Shown here: positions 1-8,503 of the stretch, one piece after another
How positions within the stretch are numbered: position 1 is the stretch's first letter
Layout of the letters: the number at the start of each line of letters is the position of its first letter
IMG/VR virus record: IMGVR_UViG_3300000571_000003
Location: 1-21,811 of that record
DNA: 21,811 bases
Reading direction: 5' to 3' (one strand)
Source of the DNA: a virus
Taxonomy: Duplodnaviria; Heunggongvirae; Uroviricota; Caudoviricetes
Made by a program: the position numbers and the translations under genes
Notes under the pieces: generated by a model
Seen by the model: the letters and a program-made list of their open reading frames with translations, nothing else
Databases searched by the model: none
What the model was told of the DNA's origin: nothing

Positions 1-700
1 TTGATCATTCACAACTACATTATGTGTGAGAGCTACATTTACATTCTCTGTTATAGATAGCTGATCATTCACACTCACATTATGTGTAAGAGCTACATTA
101 ACACTCTCTGTTATAGATAGTTGATCATTCACAACTACATTATGTGTGAGAGCTACATTTACATTCTCTGTTATAGATAGCTGATCATTTACATCTATTA
201 CATCTATACCTCCAATTATCACAACACTAACACTTTCTGTTATAGATAATTGATCATTTACATTTATATTACTGAATAGTAATACAGAAACACTTTCTGT
301 AATGGTGAATTGATCATTTATAATAGAATCACCTATTAAAATATCTGTTATAGATAACTGATCATTCACAACTACATTATGTGTGAGAGCTACATTTACA
401 TTCTCTGTTATAGATAGCTGATCATTTACAACTACATTATGTGTGAGAGCTACCGTAGAACTCTCCATTATCATCAAATCATCACTCACTACAACACTAT
501 TAGATGATAAAAGAGTAGAACTTTCCGTAATCATCAACATATCATTTATGTTGATATTACTAAAAAGTACGACCGTAGAACTTTCCGTAATCGTAAACTG
601 ATCATTCACACTCACATTATGTGTAAGAGCTACATTAACACTCTCTGTTATAGATAGTTGATCATTCACAACTACATTATGTGTGAGAGCGACATTAACT
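1..700 (-). repeat. Coding 60-nt (20-aa) tandem/dispersed repeats
   Basis: Unit A at 1-60 and 121-180 is identical, and 358-417 differs only at the first base. Unit B at 61-120 and 598-657 is identical. A partial A follows at 658-690. Degenerate units lie between them. Confidence 0.95.
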
Positions 701-2667
701 GTTTCCAAACTATATAATTGATCATTTGCATTCACACTGTTAAAAAGAAGCACGGTGACACTTTCTGTAATAGTAAGCTGATCGCTTACATTAATACCTG
801 GGGCTATTTGAACTGTAACCGATGGACCAGTGATTGTGACTGTATCAGTATAGGTTCCATCACCACCACCCGGTGGACCAGAGGCATTGGCTACAACAAT
901 TGTTCCAGCTGTTGGGGCTGAAATGTCAGCAATTGTTCCACTAGTTGCAACAAAAAAACCATTCCAACTACCATATGGGTTTCCAGTTGCCGCCGTACCA
1001 TTCCACGTCCAAACATAACTTGTTCCAGCACCAGAAACTACAACTCTAAGATTATATGTTCCTGCAACAGCACCCGTAACAGAAGTAAGAGAGGTTGTTG
1101 TATTATTACTATTTTTTACAGTAGACGCAGAAGAATCATTTGGGGGGGTTGAATCACTTACAACAATATTGTGCGTAAGAGCGACGTTGACAAGATCACC
1201 TCCAGATAAAAGAGTGTTTGTATCATTTACACCAATATTATGTGTAAGTGCAACTTTTACATTCTCTTGAGAAACTCCAGCTGTGACTGTAACGACATCG
1301 GTATAGAGTGTTGTATCAGAAGGAGGGCCAAACGGTGATGTTAAATCATCGAAAGTAAGAGTTCCGGCAATGCCACCATTGATTGATTTTGGCAATATGG
1401 GTAGTGCCCATGGACCAGTTATTATCCCACTAGAAACACCATTCCACTTAAATTCAAATGTCTTTGGAGCGACAGGATCAATAACTTGCGTTGTCAAATT
1501 ATAATCACCAGATGTTGTTGCTCCAACAACGGTCAAAGTATCAAGAAATGTATTATTCGTTGATTTTGTTGCAGTTGCAGTAAAGGTACGATTTTCACTT
1601 ACACTTACTATAAAACCAAACGTCACAGATTCTGTAATAGTAACTGTTTCTGGAATAGATATTGTAAGGTCTGTAGAATATGTAACAACAAGTTTAGGGT
1701 CTTCACCTGTTCCTGCTCTTTTTGCAGTACTTACTCCAAAAGAAGCAGTTTTATCTATGGCAGCTACAGCAGGAGAAGAATTATTCAAATCATAATTTCC
1801 ATTTCTCAATCCTAACTTTGTATTTGCAGTTTTACTAATTCCAGCCAATCCACTTGCGTTCATCGCCATATCATTATATGCAGCGGTGGTTAGATTAGCG
1901 TAAGTAATTCTCGTAGCAAATTCTGTTGTTCCTAATTGACTATAATCAGAATTCGCTAAGGTAGTATCAGAAGCTGGAGTTGAGGCAACCAAAGTGAGGT
2001 CAGGAGTTATATTATTTTCATCTAATTTAGATTTTCCATAAATAGAAAAAGTTGCTGCAGAAATTGTTGCACTGGAAGTAAGACTTGATGTATCAAATAA
2101 GTAAAGAGACCTTGTTAAATTTAAAAATGGCGTTGAAGTGTTGTTAATAGAAACAATCTGAAAGGCATTTATATCTGCATTCACTGACTGTTGAGTTGTT
2201 CCAGCGCCGCTTCGAATAGTCGACCAATTTTCATAAGGAGAATCAGGAGTTCTACCTACAGAACCATCAAGAGGATTATTAGTCGCTATACTACCAGGGT
2301 ATTGTGTCAAAGTAGCAAACCCATAACTCCATTGAGGAGCATATCTATCTGCGAATATCTCATCCCAATAATGTATTGCCCACCACATTAGTTTAAAGGC
2401 ATAATATAATCTCTTACCAAACTTTGGATGAGTTCTAAAATCAGTAGTGAATTCTTTTTCATTGCTTACAACTGTATAACTATTTGGTTCAATATTTACT
2501 ATTTTTGCTTCATATCCAATATCATTTTTTGTTATACAAAGAATCCTCCTAAATAATCGCTTTGTAATTTTAGAATTAAGCAACTTCAATAAAAAAGTTT
2601 GGTTCTTATCAAACCATTCTTTATTAAATGCAAGAAAGTGTCCTATGTTTTTATTCTGTTTTTCCAT
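1..2667 (-). CDS. Large S/T/V/N-rich virion fibre/adhesin-like protein with ~20-aa beta-strand repeats; >=889 aa, runs off the left edge
   Basis: Manual translation from ATG at 2667 (MEKQNKNIGHFLAFNKEWF...) stays open for 889 codons to position 1. The C-terminal part is repeats such as LSITENVNVALTHNVVVNDQ. Absent from the ORF track, presumably because no stop lies in the window. Function is inferred from composition and context. Confidence 0.85.
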   Translation of the reverse strand, partial: MEKQNKNIGHFLAFNKEWFDKNQTFLLKLLNSKITKRLFRRILCITKNDIGYEAKIVNIEPNSYTVVSNEKEFTTDFRTHPKFGKRLYYAFKLMWWAIHYWDEIFADRYAPQWSYGFATLTQYPGSIATNNPLDGSVGRTPDSPYENWSTIRSGAGTTQQSVNADINAFQIVSINNTSTPFLNLTRSLYLFDTSSLTSSATISAATFSIYGKSKLDENNITPDLTLVASTPASDTTLANSDYSQLGTTEFATRITYANLTTAAYNDMAMNASGLAGISKTANTKLGLRNGNYDLNNSSPAVAAIDKTASFGVSTAKRAGTGEDPKLVVTYSTDLTISIPETVTITESVTFGFIVSVSENRTFTATATKSTNNTFLDTLTVVGATTSGDYNLTTQVIDPVAPKTFEFKWNGVSSGIITGPWALPILPKSINGGIAGTLTFDDLTSPFGPPSDTTLYTDVVTVTAGVSQENVKVALTHNIGVNDTNTLLSGGDLVNVALTHNIVVSDSTPPNDSSASTVKNSNNTTTSLTSVTGAVAGTYNLRVVVSGAGTSYVWTWNGTAATGNPYGSWNGFFVATSGTIADISAPTAGTIVVANASGPPGGGDGTYTDTVTITGPSVTVQIAPGINVSDQLTITESVTVLLFNSVNANDQLYSLETVNVALTHNVVVNDQLSITESVNVALTHNVSVNDQFTITESSTVVLFSNININDMLMITESSTLLSSNSVVVSDDLMIMESSTVALTHNVVVNDQLSITENVNVALTHNVVVNDQLSITDILIGDSIINDQFTITESVSVLLFSNINVNDQLSITESVSVVIIGGIDVIDVNDQLSITENVNVALTHNVVVNDQLSITESVNVALTHNVSVNDQLSITENVNVALTHNVVVNDQ

Positions 2668-2683
2668 ATTAAAACACTACAAC

Positions 2684-3532
2684 TCACTTATTAGAACGGA
2701 TATTAAACGTCAAAGATATATTCACTAATTCTGACAATGTGAAGATGTCAGTTATATTTATTACAATATCTGAGATTATTCCTGATATATTTTCTGTAAT
2801 AGTGAACTGATCGTTCACAACCACATTATGTGTGAGAGCTACATTTATACTTTCTGTTAGAGAGAATGTATCTGTAACTGATATTGATAAAGTTTGCTGA
2901 AATTCCATCACGCCAGTAGAAACTTGGCAACTTCTTCTCGCATCAGTCCATGTAAAACCTATTGCAACAAAACCTGGTACTGCTTGCGCCAATCGGCATG
3001 ATGCGATATTACCTATCGCACCTGTAAATACTTCATTAATGGTAGTTGTTCCGCCACTTACCGTTAGTGTTTGAGTGTCAGTTGATTCTCTGCAAGAAAC
3101 AGTACATACAACTATTGTGTTCGCTATTGTTGTCGTTACTGAGGATAGTCTCTGAGTATTAGTTCCGTCTTCCGCATTGCTTGAAAAAGCATCTATTCCT
3201 GTTGCTTGGTCTGCTCCAGTAAAAGAAATTGCAGACGCAGAAACAGTATGTGAATTATTCCATGTAACTGCAACATTATTTACTCCAGTTGCAGGAGCAA
3301 CCAATCTGTAACTATAGACAGTAACCGGAATAGATGGACTATTATCAAGAGCTACGAGAACACGAGTCATTGCAACACCACCGTATGTAACACCAGTCAA
3401 ATCATCTACCGTTCCAGGCATTAAAACGTGTACTATCAAAACTCTATTAGCTAAAGAACTATTAGAAAGAGAAAATGTGAATCCAGAAGATGCACTTGTA
3501 GATTGTGTAGCGTTATCGAATACTAATGCCAT
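2684..3532 (-). CDS. Virion structural protein: beta-rich N-terminal domain plus C-terminal VNDQFTITE-type repeats (282 aa)
   Basis: ORF track; T/S/V-rich; C-terminal repeats of the same family as the downstream fibre gene. Confidence 0.8.
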   Translation of the reverse strand: MALVFDNATQSTSASSGFTFSLSNSSLANRVLIVHVLMPGTVDDLTGVTYGGVAMTRVLVALDNSPSIPVTVYSYRLVAPATGVNNVAVTWNNSHTVSASAISFTGADQATGIDAFSSNAEDGTNTQRLSSVTTTIANTIVVCTVSCRESTDTQTLTVSGGTTTINEVFTGAIGNIASCRLAQAVPGFVAIGFTWTDARRSCQVSTGVMEFQQTLSISVTDTFSLTESINVALTHNVVVNDQFTITENISGIISDIVINITDIFTLSELVNISLTFNIRSNK

Positions 3533-3541
3533 ATATTATAT

Positions 3542-3576
3542 AAAAAGCCACAATCTACAAAGACAGTGGCTCTTTT
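3542..3576 (-). terminator. Putative intrinsic terminator
   Basis: - strand GCCAC-TGTCT-TTGT-AGAT-T-GTGGC hairpin followed by TTTTT; A/T tracts on both sides. Confidence 0.5.
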
Positions 3577-3767
3577 AAATTCAAAATATTTATATAAACT
3601 GTAGGTGGTCTTGCAAAAGAAGATATACCACTGAATATAGAACTTACATTGTTCCATTGAACAATAAAATAATGATATATGTTAGACACTATCTGCTTTT
3701 TATTAAAAATACAAATAACATCAATAACAAATATCTTTTCTGAAATATGTATGTTAAGTGTGTTCAT
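3555..3767 (-). CDS. Hypothetical protein (70 aa)
   Basis: ORF track; fills the gap in the operon in the same orientation; no recognisable family. Confidence 0.4.
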   Translation of the reverse strand: MNTLNIHISEKIFVIDVICIFNKKQIVSNIYHYFIVQWNNVSSIFSGISSFARPPTVYINILNLKEPLSL

Positions 3768-3778
3768 TTCTATATATA

Positions 3779-3958
3779 TTAGTCAATCTTACCAAACACA
3801 TCAACAAGAGGAACCCTAAGACTTACATCAACACCTAAATCTGCAGCAGGAGCAACATTCTGTCCTTCTACAAAATTCTTACAAAGTTGACATAACTCTT
3901 GTTCACTTTCCTCTATACCCTTATGCTTTAACTCATAGTGCTCATCAATCTTGCTCAT
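3779..3958 (-). CDS. Hypothetical protein (59 aa; likely start MSKIDEH at 3958)
   Basis: The ATG at 3958 follows the glycosyltransferase stop (3969) by 10 nt, whereas the track start at 4036 overlaps that gene. Confidence 0.6.
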   Translation of the reverse strand: MSKIDEHYELKHKGIEESEQELCQLCKNFVEGQNVAPAADLGVDVSLRVPLVDVFGKID

Positions 3959-3968
3959 ATTATTACTT

Positions 3969-4796
3969 TTATGACTTATCTTTAATAAATTCTTTAGGAA
4001 TTCCACCGAGTGGATACGTTCTACCCTGTTTATCAATATGTCCTACAAATATATTTGTGTCTACAAGAAATGGAAACTCCATCTCCTGATATTTATCCCA
4101 TCCTGCTTTTTTAAATATACCATCTTTCATGAGTCTCGTACACCACTGTAAATCAGTTGTTCCAGAAAGCCTTACAAAACCATCTGTAGCGTTCCCAGAG
4201 CTCTTATCAGGCATTTCAAACACTCTTCTTGTAGTTATACCATTTACTGTATATTCAGGACTTTCATTCCATAATGCCTTAATAATTGATCCGTGAATAA
4301 GGGTAAATCCAAATGGTATACCGTCTACCCAAACCTTATCCCCAATCTTAAAATCTCTAAACGCTCCACTTCCTCTACCACGATACAATATTGGTTCAGT
4401 TGGTTGTGATTTCGTAAAATATAGCCCTGAGACAATAGGAACATCACCCTTCTGCATATACTGATTCACTCTCACAAAAGCATCGTCTGGAATCAAATTA
4501 TCTTCCTCTATAGAAAGCATCCACTGGAAATCACCCTCAACGCAAGCCTTAGCAATAAGATTTTCTGCATCTGGAAGAAGGTATTCAACTGGTGCAAAGG
4601 CAGACATCCATTGTAACATTTCAACGTGAGACCAATTAGTGGGGATAATCTGACCGTATCTGTGTAGGACCCACTCCATTCTTACGGTACCTGTTGATGG
4701 AGTTGCTATGAGAATTCTATTATGCCAGTCTCCAGTATTTTTTATTAATCCCTTTGGTGGTTTAATAACTTCTTTCTCTACTATTTTTTTCTTCAT
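3969..4796 (-). CDS. GT-A fold (GT2-like) glycosyltransferase
   Basis: ILIATP strand at the N-terminus, LSIEEDNLIP (DxD-like acidic motif), VPIVSGLYF, GIPFGFTLI and late VGHI, as in phage GT2-like proteins. Confidence 0.7.
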   Translation of the reverse strand: MKKKIVEKEVIKPPKGLIKNTGDWHNRILIATPSTGTVRMEWVLHRYGQIIPTNWSHVEMLQWMSAFAPVEYLLPDAENLIAKACVEGDFQWMLSIEEDNLIPDDAFVRVNQYMQKGDVPIVSGLYFTKSQPTEPILYRGRGSGAFRDFKIGDKVWVDGIPFGFTLIHGSIIKALWNESPEYTVNGITTRRVFEMPDKSSGNATDGFVRLSGTTDLQWCTRLMKDGIFKKAGWDKYQEMEFPFLVDTNIFVGHIDKQGRTYPLGGIPKEFIKDKS

Positions 4797-4807
4797 ATAT
4801 ATTTATC

Positions 4808-6445
4808 TTATTTTAATATTTTTAAAAATTCAGAGTCTACATTATATGATGGATCGATCCTTCGCTTTATTAATACAACCTCTATATTACCGTTTTCGTG
4901 CCAGGTGTTGAATTTAATATTCCAGGGCAAAGGACGATAAATAGAATACAATCCATTCTTATACCACTTATCTATTGGATCAAAATATGACCACGTTTCT
5001 TCGTTAACGAAGTTGCAATTTCCAACCCACGCAACATGTCCATTATATCGTGTAAGAATTGTATGATTTTTTTCAACTTTTACACAAACAATTTTTCCAT
5101 CATACTGTTCTATAAATGGTTTTGGATAAAGCATTTTTTCACTCAATGGACAGACACTAACACGATATTGATCCTTTCTGACATACGACTTATCTCTTAC
5201 TGGAGAAAAAAATTCTTTTCCCTCTCTTAAATAAATATGTGACCTAAATCCACACTTTAACGCTATCTCATTTACATCAGATGCCAATCTTTCTGATATT
5301 GTAGTATATGTATATCCTCTTTCATTATTATGCCACTCTCCATCACCCATCCTCAAAGATTCAAGAAGGCGCTCAAGAAGCAATACGCTCATTCCCTTGT
5401 ATTCTACTGGAATATAACGAACATCTTGCTTTCCTAAATATGAGAGATGATCGAAAAGACTTTTTGAGTTTATTCTTATATAATTCTCATATTCCTTACT
5501 CTCAAAACCCATGCGTCCTACAAGAGAAGATATTTTGTTATAATTTTCAAGATTAGCCGCTTTACTTTGACAAATCTTCAAAAAACGACTCGATGAATCC
5601 TGACCATTTGGTGTTGTAAAGCATCCCTCTGATAATATCCATCCGAGAAGATCCATAAAATCTCCAGCATTGAAAGAAGTAGGACCGTTATCTCCTTCAG
5701 TTTTTTTAATTTCTACCGTATCAGGTTCGTCGCCAATCCATTTCGGAATTGTTGCTATCCCAACCCTTCCGAATGGAGTTTTTTCAAAGAACGAATCTGC
5801 ACGTCTCTTCTCCCATTTTGCTACATTTCCTCTCCATTTTGAAATCATGTCATGATTTGGTGTCACCGCGATATTCACTGCACGATTTTCAAACCTAACT
5901 ATTAGTCCTTCATAATCTTCATTTACAATACCTATACATTTTGAATATTCAGTTTCTTCAGTTTCAAGATTCATAGTAAGTACTTCTTCGCCAATTTTCA
6001 CATCCTGCATTTTTTTAAAACCATCTTTTGTTAAAACCTCAGCTCCATCTACTAGGCAATGCGTGGGATCCCTAAACATCCCCTGTGACGTTGCATATGG
6101 CGCTGCTATAAGGAATTCACCGTCTGGTTTCAAAATACGCCACACTTCATTCATAAATGCGATGAACACGCCGCCATGAGGGTTAATGTGCTCTACTACA
6201 TGTGATGCCATCACGAGTGATGCGCATTCATTGGGTAGTGGCCATGGGAACTTTTCAAGGTCATGCACGATATCTACACCGGGTTCTTTTCTATAATCCA
6301 TTCCAACAAAGCCTAGTTGCTTATTAGCCCCGCATCCAACATCGAGCCTAATCCCTTGCTGATTCTTTTTTAAAATTTCAATGATCATCGGATCTACATA
6401 TCTTTTACTTACACTCTCTTTTTTCTCTTTTATCTTTTTCTTCAT
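4808..6445 (-). CDS. Class I SAM-dependent methyltransferase (Methyltransf_11-like) containing an intein; mature protein ~198 aa
   Basis: RLDVGCGA motif I, SHVVEH, EVWRILKPDG and DPTH motifs; a 347-aa insert follows DPTH. Confidence 0.9.
   Translation of the reverse strand: MKKKIKEKKESVSKRYVDPMIIEILKKNQQGIRLDVGCGANKQLGFVGMDYRKEPGVDIVHDLEKFPWPLPNECASLVMASHVVEHINPHGGVFIAFMNEVWRILKPDGEFLIAAPYATSQGMFRDPTHCLVDGAEVLTKDGFKKMQDVKIGEEVLTMNLETEETEYSKCIGIVNEDYEGLIVRFENRAVNIAVTPNHDMISKWRGNVAKWEKRRADSFFEKTPFGRVGIATIPKWIGDEPDTVEIKKTEGDNGPTSFNAGDFMDLLGWILSEGCFTTPNGQDSSSRFLKICQSKAANLENYNKISSLVGRMGFESKEYENYIRINSKSLFDHLSYLGKQDVRYIPVEYKGMSVLLLERLLESLRMGDGEWHNNERGYTYTTISERLASDVNEIALKCGFRSHIYLREGKEFFSPVRDKSYVRKDQYRVSVCPLSEKMLYPKPFIEQYDGKIVCVKVEKNHTILTRYNGHVAWVGNCNFVNEETWSYFDPIDKWYKNGLYSIYRPLPWNIKFNTWHENGNIEVVLIKRRIDPSYNVDSEFLKILK
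5018..6058 (-). mobile_element. Intein (Hint domain plus LAGLIDADG endonuclease), 347 aa
   Basis: Starts CLVDGAEVLT (block A); VTPNHDM (block B TxxH); LLGWILSEG and LRMGDG endonuclease motifs; ends WVGN followed by +1 Cys (CNFVN). Confidence 0.92.
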
Positions 6446-6460
6446 AAATCTAAATAATAA

Positions 6461-7153
6461 TTAATATTTTATATTGTTTTCTTCTAAAAGTTTTTTGAGA
6501 TTGGCATTTTCTATTTTAATATCATCTACTAACTTCACGGCATCAAAGTGAGCCTTTGTATGTGCCTTACGAGATGGTAGAAGTTCAAGATTTTCTAACC
6601 TGTTGTCATCTGATATTCCATTTAAATGATGGACAACCTCTTCTGGATTTAAATGTCTTCCTATACTCTTTTCAACCACCAGTCTATGCTCCATCACATA
6701 TCCTTCTTGAGTAGAAAATGGATGTTCTGGAGAATATATTGAAATATACCTTCCCTTAACACCAGCTCTTCGTATTCCACCTTTCCAGTTTGCAGCGTCA
6801 GAACCCATTCTTTTCTTTGTATACCTATTCATCATGGCCTGCTTTATCCCTCTAGTACTAATTCCGGAATACATTACAGCAGAACGAACATTTCCTACTG
6901 TTGAACATATTTCTTTAGCTATTTGTCTTAAGGATTTTTTCTGTACAACATATTGATCCTTTAACCACTCTTTGTCACGAAGGAATACATTTTCTGACAC
7001 CCTACCCTTAACGCTTAATCCGTGATATTTAAGTGCCCTTACTACCGTCTTCTGTGAGCAGTCGAGTAGTGTTCTAATGTCCTCGACACTTCTATCCGTA
7101 TTGACATAATTTTCTATAAGAAAATCTTTATCAACATCCTTATATGTTCTCAT
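6461..7153 (-). CDS. Free-standing HNH homing endonuclease (HNH_3-like) with N-terminal helix-turn-helix-like repeats
   Basis: YVMEHRLVVE...EVVHHLNGISDDNRLENLELL motif. The likely start is ATG 7153; the track start at 7213 is the TTG of the promoter -35 box. Confidence 0.88.
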   Translation of the reverse strand: MRTYKDVDKDFLIENYVNTDRSVEDIRTLLDCSQKTVVRALKYHGLSVKGRVSENVFLRDKEWLKDQYVVQKKSLRQIAKEICSTVGNVRSAVMYSGISTRGIKQAMMNRYTKKRMGSDAANWKGGIRRAGVKGRYISIYSPEHPFSTQEGYVMEHRLVVEKSIGRHLNPEEVVHHLNGISDDNRLENLELLPSRKAHTKAHFDAVKLVDDIKIENANLKKLLEENNIKY

Positions 7154-7184
7154 ACTATTTTGTCTTTTATGACTTAATAATACA

Positions 7185-7213
7185 AGTATAGCAGAATTAA
7201 ATAGAAGTGTCAA
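7185..7213 (-). promoter_or_regulatory. sigma70-type promoter for the HNH gene
   Basis: TTGACA-17 nt-TATACT with extended -10 TG, ending 31 nt before the ATG at 7153. Confidence 0.75.
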
Positions 7214-7234
7214 GTAATTATACGTTGCTACTGA

Positions 7235-7717
7235 TCAGAACCTAATCTGATATGTGGCATTAACATTCTGATTAGTGGCACATGAACTTGATGCATACGT
7301 ATTTCCAGCGAACAATGTTCCTGTAGCAGCAGTCGAAGTATTGAACAGACCAATGTTCGAAATATTTCGAGTTGCGGTTACAAATGAGTTTGCACTTGCA
7401 AACTGTCCAGTGAACTGAGCAGTCTTTGATGCAACAACAGAAGTTGAAACTGCCTGTCGTCCAGCAGCTTCTGCAAGTTCTCCAGCAAGCGTTGTATCAG
7501 ATGCCGCAGGAGCACCACCAGTACCAAGAGCCAAATGAGTCACTGCCTTTGTTCCAGCAGCACCACAAAGGTTATTGATAAGGTATTGGGTAATACCATC
7601 GTTGGTGACTTGGTTCTCCTGCCATCCAGAATCCCCAACAACACCCTTTCCATTCTCAGTGATCTGCACGCGAAAGAATCCACGTGGATTCGCGCTGTCC
7701 TTTATAGATTTTCTCAT
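7235..7717 (-). CDS. Virion tail/baseplate (tail-collar-like) protein, 160 aa
   Basis: VTNDG...LALGTG...SDTTLAGE...R...ISNIGLFN pattern resembles tail-fibre N-terminal attachment domains; G/A/T-rich. Confidence 0.6.
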   Translation of the reverse strand: MRKSIKDSANPRGFFRVQITENGKGVVGDSGWQENQVTNDGITQYLINNLCGAAGTKAVTHLALGTGGAPAASDTTLAGELAEAAGRQAVSTSVVASKTAQFTGQFASANSFVTATRNISNIGLFNTSTAATGTLFAGNTYASSSCATNQNVNATYQIRF

Positions 7718-7864
7718 ACTGTTTGTAGAGTTAAGTCTAAATTATTAAGCTTAATATGTTTTAGACTCTTCCAATAAATAATTATGTCGACCGATTATTT
7801 TTGAGGAAGAAATCCCTCATATCTATATTTATATCTTCATAATTATTCATATGTTTATATTATA

Positions 7865-8053
7865 TCATGTTTTTTTATTCTTAATAGATCGCCTCATCTG
7901 GTTATATAGTTCTTTTAATTCTACCATAAATGTTTTATAAAATGAATCTATATATGTATTTCCTTTTTTCATAAATGTATTTAAGATCTTCTGTGACCGC
8001 TCTTTTTCTACAGAAATTTTCTTTAAAAGAGTAGACGCACAAGCTGTAAGCAT
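7865..8053 (-). CDS. Hypothetical protein (62 aa)
   Basis: ORF track; starts 6 nt after the upstream stop, same strand. Confidence 0.4.
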   Translation of the reverse strand: MLTACASTLLKKISVEKERSQKILNTFMKKGNTYIDSFYKTFMVELKELYNQMRRSIKNKKT

Positions 8054-8059
8054 ACATTA

Positions 8060-8296
8060 TTACTTAAGAATAAGCTTCATCATTATTCCAACAAATATAG
8101 TTATAATGACGCTACCGATAAAAACATTCCTCAACCACTCAAATTCTTGTTTTCCAGCATATTTTCTATCAGCAGATTCAATGAACGTATCGAGTTTTGT
8201 TCCAAGTTTAACCTGTCCAGTATGGATATCCTCGATTTTATCCTTCATATATTCTATATCTTTGCCATATTCGGCTATTTTTATCTCTGTCTCCAT
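8060..8296 (-). CDS. Small coiled-coil protein with C-terminal TM helix (holin/XhlA-like), 78 aa
   Basis: Heptad-like N-terminus, then VFIGSVIITIFVGIMM hydrophobic segment. Confidence 0.6.
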   Translation of the reverse strand: METEIKIAEYGKDIEYMKDKIEDIHTGQVKLGTKLDTFIESADRKYAGKQEFEWLRNVFIGSVIITIFVGIMMKLILK

Positions 8297-8308
8297 AATA
8301 TAATATTT

Positions 8309-8503
8309 TTACGGAATACGAAGTCCATAACGCACCTTTAATAAATTCGCTAACATTGTAAGGAGTGTACCTATCGTCAATTGAGCATAAGCTGGATAAG
8401 ATATAATGAACTGATCTACAATCATTGGAAGTCCAAATAATATTCCATATTTTAGACTCTTTAAAAACATCTGCTTGAAGTCAAATTTCATATAATTATT
8501 CAT
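8309..8503 (-). CDS. Putative holin-like membrane protein (64 aa, two hydrophobic segments)
   Basis: YGILFGLPMIV and LTIGTLLTMLANLL segments; basic C-terminus; abuts the protease gene. Confidence 0.55.
   Translation of the reverse strand: MNNYMKFDFKQMFLKSLKYGILFGLPMIVDQFIISYPAYAQLTIGTLLTMLANLLKVRYGLRIP

Noticed and set aside
1-700. CRISPR array
   Set aside because: The 60-nt units are contiguous, have no unique spacers, are a multiple of 3 and lie in an open reading frame; no cas genes are present.
1-700. Diversity-generating retroelement TR/VR pair
   Set aside because: Differences between units A and B include C/T and G/T changes, not only adenines, and there is no reverse transcriptase in the window.
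2668-2700. Programmed frameshift or readthrough fusing the 282-aa gene to the large fibre gene
   Set aside because: Further stops occur before 2667 in the frames examined, there is no slippery site, and the downstream gene has its own ATG with a distinct N-terminal domain.
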